Part shown: positions 40,986-54,313 of the stretch, piece by piece
How positions within the stretch are numbered: position 1 is the stretch's first letter
Layout: each line of letters begins with the position of its first letter
Assembly: GCF_004010195.1 (NCBI RefSeq)
Contig: NC_057719.1
Coordinates: 40,771,239-40,835,238, forward strand
DNA: 64,000 nt
Origin: Chiloscyllium plagiosum
Taxonomy: Eukaryota
Direction of reading: 5' to 3'
Translations under genes and position numbers: made by a program
The notes under the pieces: model-generated
The model's input: the letters and a program-made list of their open reading frames with translations, nothing else
Told to the model about the DNA's origin: nothing
The model's database searches: none

Positions 40986-42561
40986 AGGATATGTTTGATC
41001 TCTTCAGAAATGCTTTGAAGAATTACTAAAGCATTTCCATTTTACTGTCAGGCAGTAGATAAGCACCAGGAGCAAAAGTAGGCAATTCAGTCCCTTTAAT
41101 CTGCTCCACTATTCAATTCAATCAAGGCTAATCTCACCTTGGCCTCAACTCCACTTTCCTGCTGAGCCTCATAGCCGCTTAAATCATTACAATTTCCTCC
41201 TTAAATTTATTCAATGTCTCAGCTTCTACCATACTCTGATTCTTTTAGAGAAGTAATTTCTCCTCGTCTCTGCTTTAAATCTACAATCCTTATCCTAAAA
41301 TGATGACATCTCTTTATGGACTGTCCCACATGAGGAAGCATCCCTCTATATCTACTTTTGTTAATCCCCTTTATGCAATTGAGATGTCCTGCCCAGCGAA
41401 GCTGATTTAGAGCCCCTGCTTTGGTCTTGCAGATACAGTATGGATATTGTTAATCCAGTCAAAAGTCTGGACTGCTTCGTTATTGGGCAAGTTGTGAATG
41501 GTAATGAAGAGTGTAGAATCTCAACAATCACCTCCACTTCTGATCTTTCGCAGACAGTGTGTTATTCATGGAGTAGCTGAAGCCAGCTAATTTGAGTAGA
41601 TCAAGGACAAACAAAGACCACATCAGGGAACAACAATTTAATCAGCTTTTGGTGGCTTTGGCTGAGGGACTGGTTTCGAATTAAAAACTTCTAATAAAAT
41701 AAATAGAACATCATCTTTTCTTTCTGAGAATGCAGTGATCACTAACTGAATATTGTAAATCAGAGCATAGTAATGATGACTCACACAAAGCATGGTCATT
41801 TGCATCTTTGGTTGGAATGTTTTCTTTGCTGAAGAACATTTTCTGTGAGTGGACTAATATTAAATTGGGATTAAGTTTAAATTTAAATGGCTGAAGATTT
41901 ATTTCACAACTAAATTTTCCCAATGAACTGTTTTGAGTCTGTTCTCAGATGAATATGATTGGGTAGACCTCACACGAGAATGGATTGTAAAAGATCTGCA
42001 GGTGGAATTTGCTTGGTGGGACTTCTTTATCCATGTCTTTGTGTATTTTAATATGTTTCTTTGTAATGTTTTTACTACTCGTTGGAAATAAATGCAAAGG
42101 CATGCTGTGCTATCTTTTGCGACAGGGCTTCTTGTGACACCTTGAACACTCATATTTACCTAACGTCACCTGCTACATTTCTTTTTCTTTACTGATGACT
42201 ATTTTCCATGTAATGGAAGCCCAAAGATAAATTTCCATTTGGAATTGGAAATAAAATTTGAAACTTTGACATTTTAATGTAGCTGCATTTAGCCTTATCC
42301 TTCAATATACTATTGTAGCTGTATATTATAATCTCATTTATCATGTTTCTGGGCATGGTAAGATTTAATCCAATATATTTATTTATTCTATATTTATTCT
42401 AATAATTCTGTTCTGCAATTACATTAGTTTTATAAACATAAGCCTTTCATATGGCAAAATGCATTTCTTTCATCAGTATCAATGGTACAGGGGCTTTTAT
42501 TGGATGGTGAAATATTGATACTACATGGAACCTGAACACTATACTTGGGGTCAGTGCCTAT

Positions 42562-43455
42562 CATAGAATCTCAGAGTCAATCACCATGGAAACAGACCTT
42601 TCAGTCCAACCAGTCCACATCAACCATGTTCTCAAACAAAACTAAGGTTCCTCATGGGAGACTGGTTAGCAAGGTTAGATCTCATGGGATACAGGGAGAA
42701 CTAGCCACTTGGTTACAGAAAGGTAGAAGACAGAGGTTGGTGGTGGAGGGTTGCTTTTCAGACTGGAGGCTTGTGAAGAGTGGTGTGCCACAAGAATCAG
42801 TGGCAAATGGGACTGTTTCTGTGGTGTACATTTCTATGACTCTATGATTCTAATCCCACCTGCCTGCACTTGACCCATATCTCTCCAAACCTTTCCTATT
42901 CATGAACTTATCCAAATGCCTTTTCAATGTTGTAACTTTACCCGTATCCACCAGTTTCTCTGGCAGTTCATTCCACATATGAACCGCTCTCTGTGTAAAA
43001 GAGTTGCCCTCATGTCCTTTATGAATCTTTCTCCTCTGCCCTTAAAAATATGTCCCCTCATTTTGAACTCCCCCACCCGAGGGAAAAGACCCTCGGCATT
43101 TGCCTTATCTATGCCACTCACGATTTTATAAACTTCAACAAGGTCACCCCTCAAACTCCTACGCTCCAGTGAAAAAGGTCCTAGTCTTTCCAGTCTATTT
43201 TTATATTTCAAACTGGCTATTCCTGGCACGATCCTGGAAAATCATTTCTGAACCCTCTCCTGTTTAATAAGATCCTTCCTGTAGCAATGTGACCATAACT
43301 GCACACAGTACTCCATAAGAGGCCTCACCAATGTCCTGTACAACCTCAACCTGATGTCCTACTCAACTGGCTGAGCAATGTAGGCAAGCATGATAAACAT
43401 GTTTTTTTAACAACCCTGTCTATCTGTGATGCAAATTTCAAAGAATTACGTACCT
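42562..43455 (-). mobile_element. CR1 3' portion with a short plus-strand CR1 nested at ~42644-42852
   Basis: ORF 42924-43229(-) RLGPFSLERRSLRGDLVEVYKI; the insert encodes KVPHGRLVSKVRSHGIQG and ends in ctatgactctatgattcta. Confidence 0.85.
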
Positions 43456-43609
43456 GCGATAGGTGGCAGACTGGATTTCCATGCCTGTTCACTTACATTG
43501 ATATTGTGAGATTGACCAATATTAAGTCCTCAGCAACGTGAAGGTTGATTCCCTTAGAAATGGGGTCAGAGTTGCAATGTTAAAATGTTGCTTTGGGACA
43601 GAAAGAGCC

Positions 43610-44045
43610 TTCTGGACTATCTCGACAGAAACAAATACAGAGTTATGAACACAGCCCAGTCATCACACAAACCAGTCTTCCATTGACTGACTCCAGCTAC
43701 ACTTCCCACTGCCTTGGAAAAGCTGCCAATAAAATTTATAGACCTCTCTCATGCCGGTTATACTGTCTTCCACTGTCTTCCATCAATGGGCGATGTAAAA
43801 GTTTGAATATACTATTGAGCAGATTCAAAAACAGCTTCTTCCCCACTGTTTCAGACATTTGAACGGAGTTCTCAAATGTTAATATTGATCTCTGTCTCTG
43901 CGCCCTGTCTGTGCTGTAACACTGTATTCTGCACTCTGTTCTGTTAACTGTTGCACTTTGCATGGTTCAGTCTGCCGTAGAGCACGCAAAACCAACACTT
44001 TTTACTGTACCTCAGTAAATGTGACAACAGTAAATCAAATCAAAT
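43610..44045 (+). mobile_element. Rex1-like LINE 3' end
   Basis: HCLGKAA and SRFKNSFFPT motifs, related to 25230-25380; tail aaatcaaatcaaat. Confidence 0.6.
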
Positions 44046-45817
44046 TAAAAATCATCTGATGCTGCCTAGTTAACACTGAATCTGCATCAATACTGGTTCA
44101 TTGGCTGATCCAATGTCATTTGCACTTTGGACCAAGTCCCCCAAACCAGCATGACCTCCTCTAACAACAGACACTAATTCACTTCCACTATCTTGAACTC
44201 TAAAGGTAGTGTTTGCCCCGAACTCACTCTGGCACATGAAGAGTCAGAACTACTATATAGTATCCATACACTATAACCAGAAAATAATCCCGTGGTTTTA
44301 ACCAGTCTGGTGCCATCATCACTGTGGATGGGACATATAGTGCCAGCTCTCTTGATAGCACAATTGGCAAATTCTGAAGGATGTTGAATGTGTAGAGGTG
44401 GCAAAGGTGGGCTGAGGGATCCTGGATGATGATTTGATGGATAATCCTAGGGGGCATAAGCTGACATGGGAGTTGAGTGGAGGATGAGGAGAAGGGTTTA
44501 GCTGGCATTTAAAAACTGTCAGGGGACCAAAGTCCACTTCCTTAAGCACCCAAGTGCAGCTCAAAAATTACATTGTGAACTAAGCCCCAATGTAAAAAGA
44601 CCAACATTATGAAGTCAAACTTGAATCAGGTGTGTTATTTGTAATCTGCGAAAATGTGCAGGCCTCATTTTCCTAAGCCAACAGGAAGGTTTGGTCCTTT
44701 TTGTCTGGTTGTAAATTTTAAAGTCCCATATCTGATCTGAGGTGATAGTGATTTGCCTGCATGTATAATATTACGGAATCACCTTCACATCAACAGAAAA
44801 TGTACAATACACTGTCTGAACGTTAAATTCCTCTGATCTTATAAATATTGAACCCAGTGCAGATTTTAAAGAGAATAGTTTATGTTGTATATATTTTTAT
44901 AATAGAAATATTGATTATTTTGAAATGAGACAGCCTCATGTTATAATAGAATGAACAAAATAAAGGGTCAGATGTAACTCTTCTGATGTGGTTTTTAACT
45001 TCTGATGTGAACTGGAGGGAAATTCTTACATGCAGCGGAAGGATTGAATCAGATAAGGATGTGGATTTTAAATGACAAAGAAAGTCATTTTCAGGGTCTT
45101 TGGAGTGGTTTTCTATTCAACTTTGTAGAGTCTCACTGAAAGTTTTTAGTCAAAGTGAAGCTGTTATCAACAAATATAGTCAAGTAATGGGACGTATCTT
45201 AAAGACATTTGTATCTAAATCAAAGAACCCTTTTTCTAATCTTGTATAGATCAGTAATATTAATAAGAAATTTATGGCATTCCACTTTCAAAAGGGCCTT
45301 AAAGACTTTGAACTGGTTCATAGATCAGTGAAGTTTCCAAAATGTTGAGGCAAGTAACAGAATTAAATTTTCAACAAACCAAAGACATAGGGAAAAAGTA
45401 AAGCATTTTTATTTTGGGGCTTGAGTTTGGGAGCTATACAAACACTTTGCTGATATGCAATTGTAACAGGGAGCCTTGCCCATTTTCAGCAGCTTTTGTA
45501 AAATGGCAGTCACATTTCAAAAAAGAGGTAACTACTTGGTGAGGAATCAACTTTGAAGGGATAATTATAGACTGAGGTGATCTGATGCTGTGCTGGCAAG
45601 TATAGGTCTGCTGCTGCTGGGATTAGGTGGTAGATCCTGCAAGTATCGTGTCATGAATAAATGCTGGAAATGCATAGAAAATCATCACAGGAGGTTTGAT
45701 ATGTGGTAAAGTTTGTGACACCATGGATTGTACATGGTCAGTGCAAACCTTACCTTATTCTATTTTGCAGAACAATTTAAATGAGATTTGTTAACTCGTA
45801 GCACTTAAGCTGTTCTA

Positions 45818-45891
45818 ACCTGGTTAGCTCAGGAGGTAGAACAGGAGATTCTTACATTCCAGGGTGGTGGGTTTGAGCCTGACTTTGGGTA
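45818..45891 (+). pseudogene. tRNA-Lys(CTT) pseudogene
   Basis: Colinear with vertebrate tRNA-Lys-CTT (tagctcag..ggtaga..gaga.tCTTa..cagggt.gtgggtt.gagcc..ac.ttggg); anticodon 45851-45853; stem and T-loop substitutions. Confidence 0.75.
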
Positions 45892-45984
45892 TTATGCCTT
45901 ATCAAGTATATTTTGTAAATAAAATAAGTATCACACATAAAACTACCAATAAATAAGAGCCCATGTTGCTGTGGCATTGATATT

Positions 45985-47035
45985 AATAAATAATTGACAC
46001 ACTAATAGAAAATCGAGGTTTGGAATAAAGGGGGCATTTTCAACCTGTTACTCGTGGAGTACCACAGGAGTCAGTGCTGGGCCAGAATTACTTACAATAT
46101 ATTTTAGTGACTTGGCTGAGCATATTATCTATACATTAGTCAGGTTTGCAGATGGCACAAAGTAAGTGGGAAGGCAAGTAGCCAGAGTAACAGAGTCTAC
46201 AGAGGGACGTAACAAGGTTAGATGAGTGACCAAAAACTTGTCAGATAGAATATCAACTGAGACAATATGAAGTGATGCACTTTGGCAGGAAGAATGGAAG
46301 AATGAAATATTATTTAAAAGGGAAAAGACAGCAGAAAGCTGCAGCACTAATGGATTTGGGAGTGCCCATGTGTAAATCACAAGAGCAAACATCCAAGTAC
46401 AATGAGTAATAGGCAAGGCAAATGGACAGTTGGCCTTTATTTCAAAGGGAATCGAGTAGAAGAATGGGGAGGTTTTGGTAAAACTATAAAAGGCACTACT
46501 AGTTATATCATGCCTGGAATACTGTGAACAGTTTTGGTCCCCTTATCTAAAGATATACTGGCATTGGATGCAGATCAGAGAAGGTTTACAAAGTTAATTC
46601 TGGGTTTGGAGGGATTTTCTTATGATTGGAGGTTAAGTAACTTGGGCCTGTACTCATTACAGTTTAGGAGAATGAGAGGAGACCTTATTGAAACCTTATT
46701 AAGATTCTTAAGGAGCTTGACAGGATCAATGCAGAGCAGATGCTTTCATTTTTGGGAGACCCGAGGCCACAGGGCATTCTGTCAGAATAAAGGGTCTCCC
46801 ATTTAAGACAAAGATGAAGAATATTCTTTTTTCCTCCCAGAGGGTAATGTATCCCTGAAATCTTTACTGCAGAGGGCTGTTGAAACTGGATTGTTAAATA
46901 TATTCAGAGCTGGGATAGATTTTTAATCAGTAAGAGAATTGAAGCTTGTGGGGATAAGGCAGAAAAGTGGACATGAACAGAGAACAGACTTAATGGGCTG
47001 AATGGCCTAATTCCACTCCTATGTTTTTGGTCTTA
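45985..47035 (+). mobile_element. Older CR1 RT/3' region
   Basis: GVPQESVLG-like motif, RFADGTK, DILALDADQRRFTKLI, LYSLQFRRMRGDLIET. Confidence 0.85.
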
Positions 47036-48540
47036 AGGTTTTTGAGTTAACAAAACAGCTACCGGACCATTTCTCTTCACTATTTTCTGTTAAAGTAATT
47101 TATGCTTCTGCTCTGAATTAGTAGCCTACATTTTTGAACTAGAATTTCCTGCCTATTGACTGTAAAATTAATGTTAACCAATCTGACTAAGAAACAGTGT
47201 GTTCTCGCTTTATAGATGTCTGCCAACATGTGGCTTAGAGAAGCTCCCAGGAGCTAATTTTTACTCAACTTCCGGCCTTTCCTGCCCTGCTACGTTTTCT
47301 TGTTTCTTTAAGAACCTTCAATCATGGAATGGCTAGTTCTTTTTTTCCCAAGTCTGAAGGAAAGATAACACCTGCAGTTGAAAGCTTCAAATTTCTGCCC
47401 CTTCTAAATAGGCAGAGTAATTTTTATGGAAGACACAGGCAGATGTTTTTACATGGTTGGAGATGAGGTGAGATAACATCCTTTCAGAGGCTTGTAAAGT
47501 GGAGTATATAGGTTGTTCAGCAAGAATGTTGCTGTGATTTTTAGTTAGCATGGATCTACTAACAGCTGTCTGCATTTCTTCCTTCACACATCCAGTCTTT
47601 GAGGTAGCTGCTAATATCCCTCAAAGTGGAAAATGCAAAGTGAGTTTACTTCACAGCAGGCAAGCAGTGGGAAAATGCTTGTGAAATGTAGAAATGATTG
47701 AGCAGAACACTTCTCAACCTTGCATCAAAATTGTCAAACTGTTTTTTGTATGGAATTGGTGCTTTGATCCAGCAGAAAACAATTAGGTAACAATAGTGCA
47801 ACAAGCATTTACAAGGCACACAAAGAGGTGTGATCAGGATGTGGATGGCAAACCACAGAAGGAGGCATTGGAAAGTGCCCAAAAGGGGAAAATTTGACTG
47901 TAGTCATGGCAACTAAATAGGTAGTCTTCACTTTAATGACAATGATGTTCACACGCTCCTCACACTTAATGGGGAAGAAGGGTTTCAGGAGGTGGTTTGT
48001 AGTATAAAAAAGAAGTTGGAAATTCCCATTTATTTTTCAGAATGACTTTGAAGAAGCAGACATCCATGGAAGCACAAGTCAGGCAGAGCCCAATGTGATA
48101 TGATGGACTCTAATAAGGTTTCAATAAGGGAAAATGTTGGCTCCGGAGGGACTTTGGTGACTGCAGGGACAAAGGGTATTCAGTTACGACTTTTCATTTG
48201 CAATCATGCATGACTTGTGATGACATGTTGCTGGTGAGGGATATAAGAAATTGGTCAAGTTGGTGATGAAGAGAACAGTGTTTAGAGAGGTTTCTAGAAA
48301 CGGTAGAGTTGAGGAGATGGCGATAAATAATTTGGAGAACTTGCAAAGATATCTTGTCCAATTGACCATACAAAATGAGTGAACTTAGAAAGTGTATGTG
48401 ACAGATTTGAAGAGATAAGACACCTTATGCAAATATATGGAAAGTTAAAGTATTTCTGTTAACTTAACTGTATATGGAAATAGGTACTATGTGCAAGGGC
48501 AATGATTTACAGCTATCAATTTGAAATTTTCTTGGATAAA

Positions 48541-48706
48541 CATGATGTGGAGGAGCTGGTGTTGGACTGGGGTGGATCTTTTGCTATAAATTCTGTGTCT
48601 TATGATCCTGCCCCACTAGTCACCTGATGAAGGAGCAGCACTCTGAAAACTAGTACTTCCAAATAAATCTGTTGAACTATAACCTGGTGTTGTGTGATTT
48701 TTAACT
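48541..48706. mobile_element. Family B PLE-type mini-element: inverted ~36-nt tail plus forward terminal repeat, 9-bp TSD
   Basis: TSD ttggataaa at 48532-48540 and 48707-48715; decayed hammerhead at 48621-48655. Confidence 0.85.
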
Positions 48707-48741
48707 TTGGATAAATATGGTAGCATTATTAGTCAAGTGTA

Positions 48742-48945
48742 CATGATTTGGAGATACCGGTGTTGGACTGGGTGTACAAAGTTAAAAATCACACAACACC
48801 AGGTTATAGTCCAACAGGTTTAATTGGAAGCACACTAGCTTTCGGAGCGACACTCCTTCACCTGATGAAGGAGCGTTGCTCTGAAAGCTAGTGTGCTTCC
48901 AATTAAACCTGTTGGACTATAACCTGGTGTTGTATGATTTTTAAC
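48742..48945. mobile_element. Family B fold-back mini-element, 13-bp TSD
   Basis: About 80-bp near-perfect inverted arms; TSD ttagtcaagtgta at 48729-48741 and 48946-48958. Confidence 0.92.
48859..48893 (+). ncRNA. Minimal type I hammerhead ribozyme motif with intact core
   Basis: cac-CTGATGA-a-ggagc-gtt-gctct-GAAA-gc-TA-gtg; palindromic AGCU stem III, CUA triplet. Confidence 0.8.
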
Positions 48946-49530
48946 TTAGTCAAGTGTAATAGACTAGATTATAGCTATTTAAAAAGTGATCCTCAGTTGT
49001 TAGTTCTGAAATTTCATCACAGGAGAGGGTTATTTAGTTGACATCAGAATATTGACAGTAACCAATCTTCATTATATGAATTGCAATAAGATGGGATCAA
49101 AATGATTGCAATATGTTAAAGATACGATGTTAACCATACAGTATGTTCTTTAATTTTGTACTTAAAATATAGGCTGTGGGTTTACAACTGCGTAGGTATT
49201 TTTCCAATTCTTTCCCACTTTGTACTGAATATTTTTGTTATTATATTGCTCTTTCAGTGATAAGCCACATCCATGAATGACTGAGAGCTATATCCTTGAC
49301 CAAATCTTTCCTTAGCAAAAGTCACCACACTTACAGCATATTCACTTAAAAATATACTGTTAAAGTCTAATATCATTACTAATATTATGTAAGCCATTGA
49401 AGCAGAATTATATAATTCTTTAACTCCTTAATATAATTCCTTAATTCTTTCCCTGTTTGTAATCAGATTTTTTGTTATATTGCTACTTTTTTGAACAATA
49501 ACAGCTTATATTTACGTGACCATTTCTTTC

Positions 49531-49801
49531 TAGAAGGGCAAGGGCAGCAGATACACGGGAACACCACCATATTCAAATTCCCCTCCAAGTCACTCACCAT
49601 CCTGACTTGGAAATATATTGCCGTTGCTTCACTGTCACTGGGTCAACTCCTGGAATTCCCTCTCTAATGGTATTGTGGGTCAACCCAGGGCAGGTGGACT
49701 GCAGCGGTTCACGAAAGCAGCTCAGCACCACCTTCTCAAGGGCAACCAGGGATGGCTCAGCCAGCGGCACCCACATCTCACAAAATGAATAAATAAAAAA
49801 A
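49531..49801 (+). mobile_element. LINE 3' end (CR1/L2 group)
   Basis: Ends in aatgaataaataaaaaaa; a related decayed minus-strand fragment lies at ~17935-18050. Confidence 0.6.
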
Positions 49802-52003
49802 CTTATGGAACATTTAATACAACAATGTGCTCACATTTTGATTGGGAAGTGGAGCTTTATTTTGCTGCTATTCTCACATCATTCCCTCCAGAATCAGTGA
49901 CTCATGCTGGGCATAGTCTTATATCATTTGAACACTCCAGTAGCCATTCCTCATGCTAGAGCTGACCGTAAAGAGGTAGATTTCCAATCTGCGGTCATGA
50001 GCCTGAAGCATACATAATTTTTGGGAATTGACCCCTCGCCACATCTGCATTGCTCATACAATGTGATTTTTCAATATAAAAATATCTCCAAATTGTGGCA
50101 TTGTTGAGCTTGAACACCCAATTACTGGCACTGGGCATTAACAAGGAAGTGGAACCTGCCTGGAAGCATGATCACTAAAGATACATGACAGCCAGGATGA
50201 GGTCTGCCAGTGCCTTGCAGAAAGGAGGAAGCAGTGCATCAAAGTGTCAGTAGCATAAATTGGCATGTGAGTGGTCAGATGGTCCAATGTGAGGTGACAC
50301 ACATGAACCAATGCAAGATCCTGCAGGTACTGAGATATGCTATCCCATAAAAATAATTTTAGTATCTCTCCACATTAAGCCTGAAAGCTCTGCGCTGACA
50401 TGCAGGAGACTGGATTCAGTGATTTGCATATTGAAAACTGTCTTCTTATCCTGTCCCAATAACACACTCCACAAAGAGCTTAAAAAGGCCATTAATTGGA
50501 GACAAGCAGGTGTCTGACTTGCTTCACTGCACTTTGAGAATCTGTGCACACCCTGTCAGCAATTGACAGTCTCACCCATGTGAGTTTGAGCATGCTATTG
50601 ATCTTGTCAGAGTGTCATTGCATCAGCATCCCACATGTTTTCCAGCATGACATTCTGGCTATTGATCAGGAACAGGAATCTTCCCTGATATCCTCCCTAA
50701 CCTGGAGTCATAGATGTGCATGGCTACACCCCAATGACTTCAGTGACTCAAATCAACTAACTCTGTCGATATGCAGAATTGAACCTAGGTCAAATAACAA
50801 CTGAAGATGTCCTTATTGTGGTAATTATAACAAAACATAGCTACTCTTACATAATGCTGCTTCAAATGCTTATAAATTAGTAATGTTACTGGACTTTGTA
50901 ATATATTTTAACTCTAGCCATTGTGACCTTTGCTAAGGGTAGATTTGGTCAAGGGTATGGTACCCAGTATTAACACTGCTTACTGTTACCTTTAATGCCC
51001 AGTGAATGGTTTAAATATTCTCAGCTATACTCATGATCATCTGTGGGCAATAATTGTCTTGGGGCATAATAAGTGAGCCATAGTTTGGGCAGCTTCCATG
51101 TGAAGCATTAGTTTCTATTGCAGGACTTAATCTCCTTCTAAACCATATACCAGCATACACAGGGGGCTAACTCTTGAATGTTTTTGTACTGATAACTGCA
51201 ATATTTCTGCACTATGGAGAAGTAATGATAGCAAAGGGCTTTGGGACCCGAAAAGCTGAGCATCCATGAAACAAGTTTAAAGGGATTGTATTGCTAAGAG
51301 AAAAAAATAAATAATCTAACTGTAAGGAAGAGGCATTTGTCTGTGAATCATATCCTGAGTGGGAACATTTTCACACTTCAGAAGGTAGCTATGAACTGAG
51401 ACTATGACTGATGGGTTTCCGATTCATAGACATTGCCACAACAGTCTAGGTCAGAACCACTTAAAATTTGGTCACTGTGCCCTGGCACAGCAGGAAACCC
51501 AAGTGTATTCTTAAAACAAGCTCTTTGTTAATGGATCTGGCTGATTATTCATTGTTAAGGGCAAGGGCTATAGCGTTGCAATTTATCAGTTCACATTAAA
51601 ATGTTCAGGATGCTGCAAAGCTTATTTTTCCTCTGATGAGATTTTGCAACAATAGAGTTCCTTTGCGATGTATTAATGTTTCAGTAATACAGCTCAGTAA
51701 ACCAGACCATCTCCTGAGCATTAAAAGCATAGGCACATTCAGCTCTTTGATGTTTGTTTAATTACGAGTCTATGTAGTTAGGTAGTTATCAAGTGCACTA
51801 CCAACCTCCTGGTTTGTTTTTGATAATTGTTTTCATGCTGCGTTTTTGCATCTGGAAATCCGTATGATTTGTAAATCAATTTTACTCCGCAAGCTTAACC
51901 TGCTGTATTGAAGGGATTTAATAACATCAAAATGGTAACTGCTGAGCTAATAAGGAGCATTTGAAATTAATCCAAGTTGGCTAATGATTTGCTTTCTTTT
52001 CAG

Positions 52004-52513
52004 GATCCAGGATTTTCAGCTTTTATTTTTGACAAGCTTCAAGTACCTGACTCTTCAAAACGAGGTCAAAACGAAGGTGAGAGCCGATGTGAGATTTGTG
52101 CAACACACCTGAATCAGCTGCGAAAGGAAGCCATCCAGATGGTGCACGCACTCGGCCAGTCAAGTCAGGAAATACCTGAGCTATCACAAAGTTCCATTGC
52201 AGTGAGCGGTGTTTCATCAAGAATTGCTTCTCAAAATATGGTCACCCTTTCATCACAAAGAGACTGGCCCCTGGTCACAGTACAAGGAAACAGACAACCT
52301 GGAAAATCAGGAAATGCAATCTCGAGCACAGAAAGAAGGAAGGGCCTTGGCTGGCCTCAGGCAGGCAGTCTTTCGAAGTCTAGTGTTCAAGTGACTGTTG
52401 GTTCCACTGGTCTTAGCAATGCCCTGAACTCAGTCACCATTCAGGCTCAGCAGTACCTTGAGGGTATGTGGAGTATCTCTAGAGTGAACAACTTTCTTCC
52501 AAATGCCTATTTG
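52004..52513 (+). CDS. KIF26A: Internal coding exon (170 codons, phase 0-0) of kinesin-11 family member KIF26A-like, N-terminal region
   Basis: DPGFSAFIFDKLQVPD..RCEICATHLNQLRKEA..KGLGW..SVQVTV..SVTIQAQQYLEGMWSISRVNNFLP recalls KIF26A more than KIF26B. Branch-like ctaat at 51981, acceptor tttcttttcag ending 52003, donor gtgagt at 52514. Confidence 0.88.
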
Positions 52514-52859
52514 GTGAGTATTTTTACAGCTTTTATCAGAAAGAGCATAATACCTGAAAATCTAAAACTTGGCAATGTGCATATTTACTATTAACTAACG
52601 TGAACATTACCGCAATTGAGGAAAATAAAGGAGTTATTTGATACTTTTGAAGTTTCATGTGTAATCAAATTACAAGAATAGAAATGCAGAATACTGACCT
52701 GGCATCACATTACCTTGCTTGAAAGATATCCAATTCTGAGGGCAGCCACATTTTCCTTGAGTTAAACTTAGGGGTGCCTGAATCTGTTGTTTTTGGCCCT
52801 CCCTACCATTAATTCTTTCCTTTTCTTCAGCCATTGTCTTAATTTGACAAAAGACCAAG

Positions 52860-53510
52860 CTAAGTTTCCATCCAATATCCTTTCCATCCTGAAGAATTGC
52901 ATCTTTTCACCTCTGTTGCATTACATGTCTCGATGCTCCTGTACCTACCTCAACTGAACTGTTGCTAAAACCCTCTTCCATGCTTTTGTCACCTTCAGAT
53001 CTGTCTATTCCAGTGCTCTCCTGGCCAATCTCCCATGTTGCACTCTTCATAAATTTGACCTCATGCAAAATTTAAAAATCGACTACTAACCTGTTCACTC
53101 ATCACTATTGCACTCGTTGGCCAGTGTTGACATCTGGTCTAGCAGCGACTCAAATTTAAGTTTTTTGTCTGTGTGTTCAAATCTCCTGATGACCTTGCCC
53201 CTTCCTATCTCTGTGAAACCCTGCAGCTCTCTGAGAACTCTGCCTGTTTTCCTTCTGGTCCATTACACATCTACGACATCCTTCACCACACAATTAGTGC
53301 CACTGCCATCAGCCTAAGCTCTCAAATTCTCTCCCATAAACCCTTTGCTTCTGAACTTATTTCCTTCTTTTAATACCCTTTGTGAAACTAACCTCTTTGA
53401 CCAAATATTTAATCACCTTTTTTAATATCTTCTACTTTGGCTCAGTGTCAATTGTTCTTTGATTACACTCCTGTGAAAGTGCCTTAGGATGTTTTCATAC
53501 TTAAAGGTGA
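52860..53510 (+). mobile_element. Ancient L2-like LINE 3' region
   Basis: aaaccctcttccatgcttttgtcaccttcagatctgtctattccagtgctctcctggcc (TLFHAFVTFRSVYSSALLA, like the L2 motif HAFVTSRLDYSNALL). Confidence 0.6.
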
Positions 53511-53989
53511 TTGTTATGGGTTACTTTGAGTTTTGACAGGTAAGAAAATAAATTATCCCTTAGGCAATAGTTGGAAAAAAATGTGTTAAGGAACCTACCA
53601 CAAATCCAGCATTAATTTTTACAGGTACAATTACAAGTACAGGTACTTCAATTTGCCTTCATTCAATTCCCTCCCTTTATACCTCCTGTCCTGAAGGTGG
53701 CAGCTAACACTGAGATATGATTATTTTGGCTCTTTTGATATTTTGTCTGAGTGGTTATTCACACCCCAAAATGGGCAATGAGTGTCAGCAGTTTAGTCAA
53801 TTGTAAATACATAATTGTTGAGCTTTACAACCATACACATTAATGTTCTAGCAGGAGTCACTTGATAACAATTATCAGTATGACCGCTGGTTATTATACC
53901 ATTCAAGTCCTGAGGTATTGACAATTATAGAGGGATCTTCGCAACTTGACAGAAATCAGTCTGAGTTGAAAATGACACCATCTTTATTT

Positions 53990-54313
53990 CATAAAATTCC
54001 GACAGCCCAGAAAGAGGCCATTCAGCCCATCAAGTCCACACCAAACCCTCCAAAGAGCATCTCACTCAGACTCAGATTTCTACTGTCTTCCCATTACCCC
54101 ACATTTATCATGGCTAATCCACCTAGTCTACACATCCCTGGACATGAGGGGACAATTTAGCATGGCCAATCCACCAAACATCTTTGCACGGTGGGAGAGA
54201 ACACGCAGAGAAAAGCCCTGCAGACACGGGGAGAATGTGCAGACAGTGACCCAAGGCTAAAGGCACTGGCACTGTGAAGGAGTAGTGCTAACCACTGAGC
54301 CACTGTGCCACCC
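53990..54313 (-). mobile_element. HE1-type V-SINE
   Basis: Minus strand starts ggtggcacagtggctcagtggttagcact; V-domain and tail match 11263-11564. Confidence 0.8.

Noticed and set aside
45818..45891. Functional tRNA-Lys gene
   Set aside because: Broken stems, altered T-loop (gtttga) and an extra base in the anticodon arm.
48541..48945. CRISPR-like or classical DNA-transposon MITE interpretation
   Set aside because: No regular repeat-spacer period; variable long TSDs, a one-sided tail and hammerhead cores fit PLE termini better.
51977..52594. 205-aa ORF as a stand-alone gene
   Set aside because: It starts at TTG, and KIF26-like similarity is confined between canonical splice sites 52004-52513.
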